Shown: positions 39,594 to 56,091, counted from the first letter of the stretch. The stretch: 64,000 nucleotides of DNA from Octopus vulgaris (GCA_951406725.2 OX597839.1:21514001-21578000); one strand, 5' to 3'. Notes: generated from the letters alone by a model not told the origin. Translations and numbers: made by a program.

Positions 39594-40512
39594 CTAACGT
39601 TTTCCGTTTTTTTTTTCTTTTTTGCATTCCCCATCTATTATATCATTCATTGATATTTCCTATCCTTCACTGATATTTCATACAGATTCACATTTGATTC
39701 TATAATTTCCAAAAGACTAAAATGTTTATTATTGCAACTGAATAGAAAAGGATAAATATGCTTTTTTTTTTTTGCAGCGATCTCCATTTGGGACATCTCG
39801 AAAAATTTATCCTAATTTCCAAAATAATTCACATATGAAGAAAATTTGAATACTGTTATATTAATTTAACTCCTAAGACACCTGGCAAAGCCAAAAAATA
39901 TAAATTAAAAGAATTTGGCAGTTAATGGATTAAGGTTTTACTGCCCTGAGACTGAACAACCTCTAAAGGGTCACTTACCTTGCAAGAAATAAGACCCCAA
40001 TCCATCTCAAATCATGCCATAAAAGGAAGGACACGTTAAACATCACCATTTAATGTCTGTTTTCCATGCTGGCATGGGTTGGATGATTTGATAGGAGCTG
40101 GCAAGTCAGAAGACTGCACCAAGCTCTAGTATCTGTTTTGGCATGGTTCCTAAGGCTGGATGCCCTTCCTAACACCAACCCATTTACAAAGTGGACTGAG
40201 TGCTTTTTATGCGGCACCAGCATTGACAGGGTCACCAAGTACATTGCAAGACAAGATCCCTTCAAATGGGAAGTGGAGGAGTAGTATTGAGAGAATGTGC
40301 CAGTTGAGAGATTTCAAAGATAGAAGGGCCAGATATTGGGGTCTTGGTGTAGATTGGAACTTCTATAATCATAGGTCCGCTCAACCAGTGCTGCTGGCCT
40401 GGGGCTCAACAGCAATAACTATCACCACCACCACCACCACCACCACTACTACTACTACCACTACTACTACTACCACTACTACTACTACTACTATTACAGT
40501 GGCAAAACTTAC

Positions 40513-40556
40513 CCAACATGATTTGGGTCGATGTCATCATAAAGTTTCGTCCCATC
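40513..40556 (-). CDS. Short coding exon with LYDDI tyrosine motif
   Basis: Acceptor ctttctgtttctttttgcAG, donor GG|gtaagt; 44 nt, phase 0-2; DGTKLYDDIDPNHV(G); bridges the phases of the flanking exons exactly. Confidence 0.8.
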
Positions 40557-40710
40557 CTGCAAAAAGAAACAGAAAGAGACAAAGTTATCATCATCATCAT
40601 CATCATCATCACGACCATCATTGCAATCATCTCCATTATTTACATCAGCATCAATAAGAAAAGATATACCAGCCCCTGTTTTGGTTCTCCTTAAAGGATT
40701 TCCTATACAA

Positions 40711-40748
<38 letters not shown>

Positions 40749-40750
<2 letters not shown>

Positions 40751-41011
40751 CTGTAAATATAATATGTGACAATTATTCAGTAGCCATGATAAAACTCTGA
40801 GTTTCGGATGTCGGGGCAGAAACCCACACCACCATCTCTTCAGTTATCCGACTGAAGAGATGGCACCATGGGTTTCCACCCCGACATCCGAAACTCGCAG
40901 TTTTATCATGGCTACCGAATAATTGTCACATATTATATTTACAGATAAATTCCTCTATTTACATAATATCTAAGTCTCTTTCATTCTTTTGTTGTCTTAC
41001 CATTTCTATCA

Positions 41012-41013
<2 letters not shown>
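40749..41013. mobile_element. Short fold-back Penelope-like remnant (same family as 11608-12682)
   Basis: ~95-bp inverted arms around 40845-40850; 40851-41013 is homologous to the reverse complement of 11608-11770; (TA)n on both sides. Confidence 0.65.
40788..40848 (-). ncRNA. Minimal type I hammerhead ribozyme motif (canonical core)
   Basis: GAUAA-CUGAAGA-GAUG(...)CAUC-C-GAA-ACUC-A-GAGU-U^UUAUC; helix I GAUAA/UUAUC. A mirror copy on + at 40852-40907 lacks the 5' strand of helix I. Confidence 0.7.
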
Positions 41014-41066
<53 letters not shown>

Positions 41067-41192
41067 TACATATATATATATGGTCGTCTACCTCTCAACT
41101 CCTGTTCTTTCAACATGTGATCTCTTGAGCACCACCAGCAAAAATTTTTTTTCTTCCTCTGTCTTCCCTTCTCGGGATCTTTCCTTCTCCTT

Positions 41193-41227
41193 GTTTCCGA
41201 CGAAGAGCTCCGCTCGAAACGTTAAAC
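41193..41227 (+). ncRNA. Minimal hammerhead motif, CCGACGA core
   Basis: GUUU-CCGACGA-A-GAGC(UCC)GCUC-GAA-ACGU-U^AAAC; helix I GUUU/AAAC, palindromic ACGU helix III. A second copy at 42784-42816 has helix I shortened by a deletion. Confidence 0.6.
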
Positions 41228-42192
41228 CCTCCTTCCCTTCTTTCCTGAGCGTCAAATAATACTTTAATTGTTCCACGTCCTCGCGTTGCTGTGTTTTTTT
41301 CTGTGTTTTCTTGTTTGGATTAACTATATATATATATATATATACATACATACATATATAGCAACATATGTATGTATATATATATTTCTTTACCACCCAC
41401 AAGGGGCTAAACACAGAGAGGACAAACAAGGACAGACAAAGGGATTAAGTCGATTACATCGACCCCAGTGCGCAACTGGTACTTAATTTATCGACCCCGA
41501 AAGGATGAAAGGCAAAGTCGACCTCGGCGGCATTTGAACTCAGAACGTAACGGCAGACGAAATACGGCCACGCATTTCGCCCGGCGTGCTAACGTTTCTG
41601 CCAGCTCGCCGCCTTTAATGTATGTATATATATATACACACACACATTATATATATATATATTTATATATATTTAGTCGAGATACAATTGCATCTGATGA
41701 GGTATATACAATTAAGTGGTTGGGTTGGTTTATCAGTAAAACTTATATTTCGGAATGGTCATATTGCCAGTTTAGCCAATAAAAAATCTTGCACAACAAA
41801 TATTTAAACGTACTAATATGTATATATATATAGAATGTATATATACATATAATTGCAGCATAGAAGGTGTTTATAAGCCATTTAATCAGTAAAACTCAAG
41901 CTACCAAAACTCAGAACTGCGACTCAAACAAAAGTGTCCTTGGCATCTTCAGGACATAAACATTCCATCTCAGCAAACTTTTCTCTCTCCCACTTCTTTA
42001 CTCTAACAACTCCACAATTATATTTCAATCATAAATCCCATGCTCCAAAGTGACACCATATGTTTTGCTTTTACATTCTTTCTTACTTATATATATATAT
42101 GAGTATGTATGTATATATATTGTTATATTTCGGAATGGTCATATTGCCAGTTTAGCCAATAAAAAATCTTGCACAACAAATATTTAAACGTA

Positions 42193-42234
<42 letters not shown>

Positions 42235-42944
42235 GTATATATACATATAATTGCAGCACAGAAGGTGTTTATAAGCCATTTAATAACACACAAATACTGT
42301 TAGATTCAGTTCAACATTTAAATTTAATTTCTCAAAATATTTCATTGCTTTGAAACTGCAACCTGTTCGTTGATAAAATTCCATCCTGCATCTACTAAAT
42401 GAAGAACAGATGATAACAATACAACACAAAGCAGACTCTATCCATAGCAGTATAAAGGTTACTGTAGACTACCCCTACAAACAGCCAAGAAATAGCTTAC
42501 CTGTCCTTGATACTGAGCTGTGGATAGAAAATACTATGATTAACAGAACTGTTAAATAGGGTTTAACTGTCTGTTAATCGTAGTATTTTCATAATATTTC
42601 AAACTGTTGCAAACCTATGGCTAATCTACTGGTAATCCGTAGTGACTCAGTGATGTCAAGTACTACCAAAATCAACATCCTTGTAGCAGACTTGGTTAGA
42701 GAAATGGGGGAATGTATCCCCACTATGCCAACCACAAGAATGACAACACATCTAGCACTACATATTTTTTCCTCTGTCTTCCCTTCCGACGAAGAGCTCC
42801 GCTCGAAACGTTAAACCCTCCTTCCCTTCTTTCCTGAGCGTCAATAATACTTTAATTGTTCCACGTCCTCGCGTTGCTGTGTTTTTTTCTCTTTTTTTCT
42901 GTGTTTTCTTGTTTGGATTAGCTATATATATATATATATTTATA

Positions 42945-44313
<1,369 letters not shown>

Positions 44314-44317
44314 AATA

Positions 44318-46160
<1,843 letters not shown>

Positions 46161-46423
46161 ATATATATACATATATATATATCCCTCTCTCTCTTTCGGA
46201 GAGGCACTGAGCAGCTATACGCACACATACACACATGGCAGTAACTTCCACCTACTGAATTCAATCACAAAGCTCCGGTCGGCTCGGGGCTATAGCGGAA
46301 GACACCTACCCAAAGTGCCACGCAGTGGGACTGAACCCGAAACCATGTAGCTAGGAAGCAAGCTCCCTAACCACACAGCTATGCCATATACATATATATA
46401 TATATATATATACATATATACAT

Positions 46424-47387
46424 ATGCCCTCAGCCACGCAGAGAGCCACGATCACAAGTTATGCAGATGATACAAAAGTTTCACAGGCAATACAGAACCC
46501 CGAAGACACTAGCACCTGCAATGTGAGCTGGACAAAATATACAAGTGGGCTGAAAAGAATAGCATGCAGTTCAATGCTGAAAAGTTTCAAGCTTTATGCT
46601 ATCAGCATGCAAAACTAAATGCAATACCCAGTAAATACACTGGACCTGGAGGGATTGCAATCCTAGAGGCACAATCAGTGCAAGACCTGGGTATTTACAT
46701 GAGTGATGATGCAACCTCTCATGTACATGTTGCTAAATTGGCAATGACCAGATGGATTCTTAGAACCTTTAGAACAAGAGACCAGGAAACCATAATAGTC
46801 CTCTGGAGGACACTTGTCCTAAGCCACTTTGACTATTGCTCTCAGCTATGGTCACCATCCAGTGTCAAGTTAATCACAGAACTTGAGGCGATCCAACGAA
46901 GCTACACGAAGAAGATAGCCTCTGTGCAGCATATAAGCTATTGGGAAAGACTCAAGAGATTGAGACTCTATTCCTTAGAATGTAGGCGAGAAAGATATGC
47001 CATAATATACATCTTGAAGATCCTAGAAGGACTTGTCCCAAATTTTGGCATCGAGAGTTACACAAATGCCAGAACTGGGTGCCACTGCATAGTGCCAAGG
47101 ACTCCAAATTTGCCATCAAGATGTAGGACAAGATACTGTGATAGCCTGGGCTTCCGAGGCCCACAGCTCTTCAATATCCTCCCAAAGAACCTAAGAGACC
47201 TGCACGGGGTGGATGCAGATGTCTTTAAAATAAAACTGGATCTCTTCCTGTCAGGTGTCCCAGATGAACCAACTTCATGGCAGGAGGTGCAGATGAGGGC
47301 AGCTTCATCAAACTCTCTCATGCACCAAATGGCAATTGCTAAAAAGCAATTGTGAAGTAAAATCATGTAGCAACACCAAATGGCGGT
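46424..47387 (+). mobile_element. CR1/L2-group LINE 3' fragment (RT C-terminus)
   Basis: SYADDTKV, MQFNAEKF, DLGIYM, FDYCSQLWSP, LEAIQRSYTKKI, YWERLKRLRLYSLECRRERY; a frameshift separates ORFs 46424 and 46564. Confidence 0.9.
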
Positions 47388-47669
47388 TATTATGGTTATT
47401 ATGGTTGTCGTTTTCATAAATAAATAAGTCAACATTTTAATATCCTAAAGTTGATGAACCAACTAAATGTGCTTCTCCGTTTTCTTATTTGCAATATAGA
47501 TTAATGGTAAAATATTTCTTTACCTTCACCCATTTAATACAATAAGTAAGTTTATTGTAATGCAATTAAAAACACTTGTGTATTAATAATTGGGTCTTAT
47601 ACCAACAGTATATTGGATAAGTATTATCCCTTAGTGGGTTGCATCCACATCCCCTAACTTACTTGGTAT

Positions 47670-47703
<34 letters not shown>

Positions 47704-47721
47704 TATATATGTGTGTGTGTG

Positions 47722-48042
47722 TGACAGTCTCAAGGTCTCTCCATCGGCACAGAGACCTGGGAGACACTTGCTGCCGACCGCTCATCCTGGCGCAGCGCAA
47801 TCACCACAGGAGCAGGGACAGCCGAGGAGGGACGGATTCGGTCAGCAGAGCAGAAACGCCAGATGCGGAAAGCCAGAGCCGCCTGCAGCAGCAGCACGGC
47901 CCCTACCCACTTCTGCCCCACCTGTGGGAGGGGCTTCCTTGCCCGGATTGGCCTCACCAGCCACCTCCGGTCTCATAGCGGCAGTTCCACCAGATGATGT
48001 CAGTGGTCATCTTCGAACCCGAAGGACGAACATTATTATTAT
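47722..48042 (+). mobile_element. RTE (BovB-like) LINE 3' end
   Basis: WETLAADRSSWRSAITTG...HFCPTCGRGFLARIGLTSHLRSH (CCHH finger), short 3' UTR, (ATT)n tail. Confidence 0.85.
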
Positions 48043-48096
48043 CATTATATATATATATGCATGTATGTGTATGTATATATATATATATATAATATA

Positions 48097-48130
<34 letters not shown>

Positions 48131-48181
48131 CATACACATACGTATATATACGTATAGGGTGTTAAAGTATACACTGCAAAC

Positions 48182-48324
48182 CTCATCAGAGTCTTCTTCC
48201 ACTTCAATGGAATCGCGTTTGGTCTCGGACGGAACCTCTTCAGTTTGTAAATCAGCAACATTGGGTTCCGATTCAGCTCTGTCCAGTTTTATCATCGGCA
48301 CCGGGATTGAGTTCCATTTTTTGT
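48182..48324 (-). CDS. Coding exon, acidic region
   Basis: Long poly-T tract then cttgaAG; donor GAG|gtttgc; 143 nt, phase 1-0; (D)KKWNSIPVPMIKLDRAESEPNVADLQTEEVPSETKRDSIEVEEDSDE. Confidence 0.8.
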
Positions 48325-48579
48325 CTTCAAGAAGAAAAAAACAAAAGAAAAATAACAAAAAAAAAAAAAAAAAAAAAAAAAAGAAAATAGCTAATACAAT
48401 AAATAAGAACAAAACAATTTTGGTTTTGAATTTAAATGGAACAATCTAGTTATGATTAAAAGGAAAATGGAACATTCCAGTTATTATTGGTGGAATCAAA
48501 TTATCATAAGTAAATAATAATAATGATAATACTTTCTACTATAGGCGCAAGGCCTGGAATTTTGGGGGAGGGGAGTAGG

Positions 48580-49826
48580 AAACTGGTGCTTAATTTATCA
48601 ACCCCGAAAAGATAAAAAACAAAGTCAACCTCGGCGGAATTTGAACTCAGAATGTAACAGCAGACAAAATACCTATTTCTTTACCACCCTCAGAGGGGCT
48701 AAACACAGAGGGGACAAACAAGGACAGACAAATGGATCAAGTTGATTACATTGACCCTAGTGCGTAACTGGTACTTATTTAATTGACCCCGAAAGGATGA
48801 AAGGCAAAGCCAACCTCGGCGGAATTTGAACTCAGAACGTAGCAGCAGACGAAATACCTATTTCTTTACTACCCACAAGGGGCTAAACACAGAGGGGACA
48901 AACAAGGACAGACAAACAGATTAAGTCGATTATACCGACTCCAGGTAACTGGTACTTATTTAATCGACCCCGAAAGGATGAAAGGCAAAGCCGACCTCGG
49001 CGGAATTTGAACTCAGAACGTAGCAGCAGACGAAATACCTATTCTTTACTACCCACAAGGGGCTAAACACAGAGAGGACAAACAAGGACAGACAAATGGA
49101 TTAAGTCGATTATACCGACTCCAGTGCGTAACTGGTACTTATTTAATCGACCCCGAAAGGATGAAAGGCAAAGCCAACCTCGGCGGAATTTGAACTCGGA
49201 ACGTAACGGCAGACAAAATACCTATTTCTTTACCACCCTCAGAGGGGCTAAACACAGAGAGGACAAACAAGGACAGACAAATGGATTAAGTTGATTACAT
49301 CGACCCTAGTGCGTAACTGGTACTTATTTAATCGACCCCGAAAGGATGAAAGGCAAAGCCAACCTCGGCGGAATTTGAACTCGGAACGTAGCAGCAGACG
49401 AAATACCTATTTCTTTACCACCCTCAGAGGGGCTAAACACAGAGGGGACAAACAAGGACAGACAAATGGATTAAGTTGATTACATCGACCCTAGTGCGTA
49501 ACTGGTACTTATTTAATCGACCCCGAAAGGATGAAAGGCAAAGCCAACCTCGGCGGAATTTGAACTCGGAACGTAGCAGCAGACGAAATACCTATTTCTT
49601 TACCACCCTCAGAGGGGCTAAACACAGAGAGGACAAACAAGGACAGACAAACGGATTAAGTCGATTATACACGACTCCAGTGCGTAACTGGTACTTAATT
49701 TAATCGACCCCGAAAGGATGAAAGGCAAAGTCGACTTCGGCGGAATTTGAACTCAGAACGTAGCAGCAGACGAAATACCGCTAAGCATTTCGCCTGGCAT
49801 GCTAACGATTCTGCCAGCTTCACCGC
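48580..49826 (-). repeat. Head-to-tail tandem array of SINE family B body (~185-bp unit, ~6.5 copies)
   Basis: Units start near 48671, 48856, 49036, 49220, 49405, 49590; a single complete head at ~49776-49826. Confidence 0.9.
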
Positions 49827-50131
49827 TGACGAAATACCATTAAGCTTTTCGTCCAGCACACGAAGAATTCTGCCAACTCTCCACCTTCATAATAATAATA
49901 ATAATAAACCTTTCTAGTGGTAGAACTGGTAGAGAATCTGCAGTTGTTAGCTACAGCTCTTTACATTCTCAGTTCAAATGCTGCCAATGTCATCTTTACC
50001 TTTCACCCTTCTAGGGCCAATAAAATAAGTACCAGTTGAATTCTGGTATCAATGTGATCAACTAGTCCCTTCCCCCAAAATGACTGCCCTTGTGGCAAAA
50101 TTTGAAACCATTATTATTATCATTATTATTA

Positions 50132-50171
<40 letters not shown>

Positions 50172-51658
50172 GGCAGTGAGCTGGCAGAATTGTTAGCATG
50201 CCAGGCAAAACGCTTAGCAGTATTTCATTTGAGGTACGTTCTATGTTCAAATTCTGCCGAGGTCAACTTCGCCTTTGATCCTTTTAAGGTCGATTAAATA
50301 AGTACCAGTCAACCAAATGAAGTCAATAAAAGAAACAAAACAAAACAAAAAAACGTCCCAGAGAGCTACTGTTGTGTGAGGGGACAAATAGGGAGACATC
50401 TTACTGGCCAGTGTCCCCCTGGTCTCATTATGAACCTCAATGCCATACTGTGGGCAGTTTTAACTATGACTGTTTGATCAAGAAACCCAGCTTCCGTGTT
50501 TGATCTCTCTGGATAGCATCTTGAGCAAGTTTTTCTTCTTCCAAAGCCTCAGCTTGAACCAAGTCTTTAGATTGGGACTGGAACTAGATAGGAATTGCAT
50601 ACAACTGGTTCTCCATCTGTTATGACAATGAGGGTTCCAGTTAATCCGATCAACTGAAAAACCGTTTGTGGAATTAACATACAACCAGACCAGGTGTCTC
50701 ACCTTCACATAACTAATACTTGAGGTTTTCTTCATCCCTGACCCAAACACCACCAATATCAGAAACCCCAACAGAGACACCAGACTTCCACCTCTGGCTC
50801 AATCATATTTTTGTATCGAGACCTTAAACAATATCCTTCACTCCTAAATATCCGCAAGGCCACATAGCTGTACATCATCATCATCATCATCATTTAGCGT
50901 CCGTTTTCCAGGCTAACATGGGTTGGACGGTTCAACTGGAGTCTGGGAAGCCCGAAGGCTGCACCAGGCCAGTCAGATCTGGCGGTGTTTCTACAGCTGG
51001 ATGCCCTTCCTAACGCCAACCACTCCATGAGTGTAGTGGGTGCTTTTTACGTGCCACCTGCACAGGTGCCAGACGGACCTAGCAAACGGCATCGAGCGGA
51101 TGGTGCTTTTATGTGTCACCGGCACGGGGGCCAGGCGAGGCTGGCAACGGACACGAACGGATGGTGCTTTTACGTGCCACCGACATGGGGGCCAGAAACA
51201 AAAAGGAGACACACACTGCAAATTAAGAACTGCAGCTGCACTGTGCTGCTGCAACTGTTTCATTAATTTGTAGAAAGTAATATCTCGTTAATTGGTTGTA
51301 TTCAGACTGTCTAAGGGAGAGTGGCCATACTGGAGCACTAACATTCAGCTAAATGGATCAAGAAAATGGAGGTAGGGTTTTCAAATTTATTTGATCACAA
51401 ACTGGACTGAGTGTAGTGGAGGTAGTGGTGGTGGTGATTGTCTAGGTTATGGTATAGGGGTATGTGGTAGAAGTAGTGGTGGTGGTGGTAGTAGTAATGG
51501 TAGTTGTAGTGGCGATAGTGATTGTGGTAGTAGTGGTGGTATTGGTGATGATGGTAGTTGTGGTGGTGGTTGTAGGGGTGGTAGTGATCATTGTAGTAGG
51601 GGTTGTGATGGGGGGTAGTAGTGTAAAATATAAACCACTTCAGGAGTTGATCAATCAC

Positions 51659-51754
51659 CTCCAGTGTACTGATTGTCCCTTGGAGGCAATGGAGGTACTT
51701 GATCCTTGCAGTTGATGAAGGACTCCACATCACCAGATGATAACGAAAATAACC
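51659..51754 (-). CDS. Coding exon with VPPLPPR SH3-ligand motif
   Basis: Acceptor gttgttttgttttcAG, donor GGAG|gtgatt; 96 nt, phase 1-1; (G)LFSLSSGDVESFINCKDQVPPLPPRDNQYTG. Confidence 0.75.
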
Positions 51755-51864
51755 CTGAAAACAAAACAACAAATACAAAAAAAAAAACAATTTCGTTTCT
51801 CTTTAGTTTAATTTTTAAAATGTCTCTTTCCCTATCCACCTTCACCACCTTCACCACATCATCA

Positions 51865-51912
<48 letters not shown>

Positions 51913-54741
51913 TATGTTTGACTTTTGCTTTACATTTGCACAAGCTGGCTCCAAGTCTCACCCGAGACCTCAAGAGACAACAAGTTATTATTATTATTAT
52001 TATTATTATTAACATTATTAAGGCCACAAGCTGGCAGAATCGTTAGCACGCTGGACAAAATGCTTGGCATTATTTCACCTGTCGCTACATACTGAGTTCA
52101 AACTCTGCCGAGGTCGACTTTGCCTCTTTCATCCTTTCGGGCTTGATAAAATAAGTACCAGTCACGCACTGGGGTCAATGTAATCGACTTAATTCCCTCT
52201 GACAAGCTGCCCTTGGAGCTAAAGTTTGAAATCATTATTATTAATATTTTTACTTAAGGCAGCAAGCTGGCAGAGATACTTAGCGGTATCTTGCCCATAC
52301 TACGTTCTGGGTTCAAATCCCATTTAGCAGGTCAACTTTACCTTTCATCGTTTCAGGGTCATTTAAGTACCAGTGAAACACTGGAGTCAATGTAATTGTC
52401 TAGACCCCACCCCCCACCCCACCCCGTGCCTTTAGTAGAAAGGATTATTATTATTATTTCGTTTAGCAACATTCCTGATGGTGAAATTATGTGTTGGAAC
52501 AGATATTGTTGCATTTTAGGATGGTTATTTTTTTTTTGGGGGGGGGGGTCAAATAAACACTTTATATTTTTTTTTCTTCAATCATTCATTACTGTTCTTT
52601 TTTTATTATTTTAACTCATGTCCATTGTCCGGAAATCTTTCATCACACATCTGTGACCTCTTCAGAGAGACTTTCATTTCCATGTGTGTTCTTGTTTCAC
52701 TTACTCCTGAAAACAGTAATAAATGAGTGAAGGAAAAAAATACATTGTGCATGTGTTTATTTAGCAAAAAAAGAAGGACCATCCCAAAATACCACAATAT
52801 TCTTTTCTATTCTAGGCACAAGGCCCAAAATTTTAGATTTGCCAGCTTGGCCGTTTGCCAGCTCTGTCTGGCCCCCGTGCCGGTGACACGTAAAAGCACC
52901 ATCCGTTTGTGGCCGTTTGCCAGCTCTGTCTGGCACCTGTGCAGGTGGCACATAAAAAGCACCCACTACACTCACGGAGTGGTTGGCGTTAGGAAGGGCA
53001 TCCAGCCGTAGAAACACTGCACAGATCTGACTGGGCCTGACGAAGCCTTCCAGCTTCACAGACCCCAGTTGAACCGTCCAACCCATGCTAGCATGGAAAG
53101 CGGACGCTAAATGATGATGATGATGATCAACCCCAGTATGCAACTGGTACTTAATTTACTGACTCCAAAAGGAGGAAAGGCAAAGTTGACTTGGGCAGAA
53201 TTTGAACTCTGAACATAAAGACAGAGGAAATACCACTGAGCATCTCATCCAGTGTGCTAACGTTTCTGCCTTTTTATAATGATTGTTGTTGTTGTTGTTG
53301 TGGTACAGATTTCACAATGAACTACACTCCCGGCCACACAGTTTGGTGTGAGTGGAGAGAGGGTACAGTTGATTACAACGAAAGTACACAATACATGTAT
53401 GCAGTGACTTGCAGTGGAGATTTTTACATTTTGTTTTTTTATTTGCTTGACCTGGAGGGAGGGACAGGGCCCAATGGCCATTAGAAACCCTCCAAAATTC
53501 TCGATCAGTTAACATTCTTACTGATCCACTCAACTGCTGCCAATAATTAGATGCAGGAAATACCTACGTGGTGGGGGGGAGGGGTCTCCAGGGGACCAAC
53601 ATACTGAAGGGGAACAGCTGGGTGTAAGGGTGGATACCAGATGGTTAATGGGAGGAAGAGAGACAACTAAGAAAGAAAGGACTGAGTAGAGGGACCTCAA
53701 GACCAGTGGAGAGGAGGCCATTATAGTAATGGTAGAAAAGTCAGAGACAAGAGACACAGTGGTATTTTGGGGGGTAAAGACTGGAGGATGTTTGAGTGTG
53801 ATTTTTAAGATGGTCAGTCAGCCAGAAGTCCTTTTCTAGGCACAATCTCAAAGTGGCACCCCCTTAAATATAGAAACAACACTGCCTTGTGGACCACGCT
53901 TGACCTTTGTTGGAGCTGAAGTAGCTTTTGGCCCTGAAAAGAAGAGTCAGTTTTAGCAATGTTAAAGATGGTTCTTTTTCCTAGGGAGATCCTTGATAAA
54001 AGGGAATTCTAACATTTAGAGTTAGCTGCATGTTGCTCAAGTTTAAGGGACACGGGGGTGGGGTTTTTTACTGATGAAAGAGATAAGACTGACACAGCTT
54101 CGCTTTCGTTCTTTAGCTAAAGCATGGAGAATAAAGACAAATCCCCCTCATATTTATTTATGATTCCCCCACCCATTTTGTAAGATTATCTTATATTTTG
54201 TTGGGCACCAGTTTATTTATTTCTGTTGATATTCTTCAAGTACCATCTTTTGTACTTTTTGTGCTTCAGGTTCAAACTACACGTCCCTCTCTCTCTCTCT
54301 TTCAACCTGGGGCTGAATGTTGAAGTTTTTATTTTTTCTGTTTGTCATTTTTTTTTCACAAAGAAGAAGGGTGAATTTGTCTGCTGCTGACAAGAACTAT
54401 GTTCTTCTCATATCAGATCACAACAACCACCACTACCAACAACAACAACAACAACAACAGACGCTTGCTATACATTAATTATACAAGGGAAAGATCAATA
54501 AATTTTATCAGGTTTTTTTATTTGATTATTTTTTTTAATCAGTATTGGTCATTTTCTGAAGCAATCAGACACCATTCTCCCATATTAAGCATCTCTACCA
54601 GACAATGTATTATTTACCATCATCATCACAATTATTATTATTATCATCATCATCATCATCATCATTCAATCATGTTGGAATTATTAAAGATGTCAAAAAA
54701 TATAATAGTCAGGAAATTATCACATAATGATGATGATGATT

Positions 54742-55830
54742 TCTTTTATTAGCCACAGGGGCAAAGATGAGGGGGACATCACAAGGACAGACTATTTGTG
54801 TGAGGATTTACATAATGGATACTCTTTACTCTTTACTCTTTTACTTGTTTCAGTCATTTGACTGCGGCCATGCTGGAGCACTGCCTTTAATCGAGCAACT
54901 CGACCCCGGGACTTGTTCTTTTGTAAGCCCAGTACTTATTCTATCAGTCTCTTTTGCCGAACCGCTAAGTAACGGGGACATAAACACACCAGCATCGGTT
55001 GTCAAGGAATGCTAGGGGGACAAACACAGACACACAAGCACACACACATATATATATATATACATATATACGACAGGCTTCTTTCAGTTTCCGTCTACCA
55101 AATCCACTCACAAGGCATTGGTCGGCCCGGGGCTATAGCAGAAGACACTTGCCCAAGATGCCACGCAGTGGGACTGAACCTGGAACCATGTGGTTGGTTA
55201 GCAAGCTACTTACCACACAGCCACTCCTGCGCCTATGGAGAGAAAAAATGGAAAAGACAGGGAAATGCGATACAAGTGTACATGATATACGAAAGCATGT
55301 GATAACATGAATGATGCAGGTCTCCTGATATAAGAGGAACTCCCAACTGGGGCCAATCAAGATCCTCGATTACCTTGGCAACCAAAGGTATGAGCCCTCT
55401 CTCCTGCTCTCCAATTGACAGCCACATACTCGGAGAAGGGCCATTCACTCTAATTATTATTGCCACTGTCATCCGGCTTATCCCAAATTTACTGGGAGGT
55501 AGCACTTGCCTCTCCACCCTCACTTGCCTTTCCAAAAAGAACTTTAAAAAAATTTGATGAGAGCTTGACTGAAGAGGAAACTGTCTCTCCTTGATCCTTT
55601 CAGCCTCGTCCAGCACAGGGAAACACCACCTGCCCTGTTTTGTTAAAGGTGGGTGGTGGGGCAATCATCAAGATGGATTCAGCCAACGGTCAGATTCCTC
55701 CCCCACGAGATAACAGCTGTTTGACATGACCCCACAAGTCAGCAATACTCGGACACAGCCAGGGTGCATGCAGAACGGCTCTGTGAGTCTGTGCACATCT
55801 CAGATACATTTGCCTGGCAGCGCTTGCATG
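54742..55830 (-). mobile_element. Tx1/L1-clade LINE 3' remnant, interrupted by a family-A SINE
   Basis: KFFLERQVRVERQVLPPSKF is homologous to RFHLKRKVKVEK.RVLPPNNF of the 33.8-kb LINE; 3' end at ~54742. Confidence 0.55.
54821..55234 (-). mobile_element. SINE family A, full length
   Basis: Near-identical to other copies. Confidence 0.85.
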
Positions 55831-56045
55831 CCTAGGCCAGCAATTGTGAGGGGACAGTCAAGTCAATTATATTGACCCCAATGCTCGACTGGTACTTATA
55901 TTATTGACCCCAAAAAGATAAAGGGCAAAAATCAGCCTTGAGAGAATTTGAACTCAGAATGTAAAGAGCCGGAAGAAATGGTGCTAAGCATTTTTGTCTG
56001 GCATGCTACTGATTCTGCCAGCTTGTCACCTTAGTAGTAGTAGTA

Positions 56046-56091
<46 letters not shown>

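Noticed and set aside
46564-47355. 263-aa ORF as an active or domesticated gene
   Set aside because: 5'-truncated LINE RT C-terminus, frameshifted from the YADD segment.
48580-49826. CRISPR-like regular array
   Set aside because: Units are wholly repeated 185-bp SINE bodies with no unique spacers; eukaryotic context and no cas genes.
52606-52706. Possible exon GVSETRTHMEMKVSLKRSQMCDERFPDNGHELK*
   Set aside because: Good acceptor and phase-1 frame, but it runs to a stop with no convincing phase-compatible donor; unsupported without transcripts.
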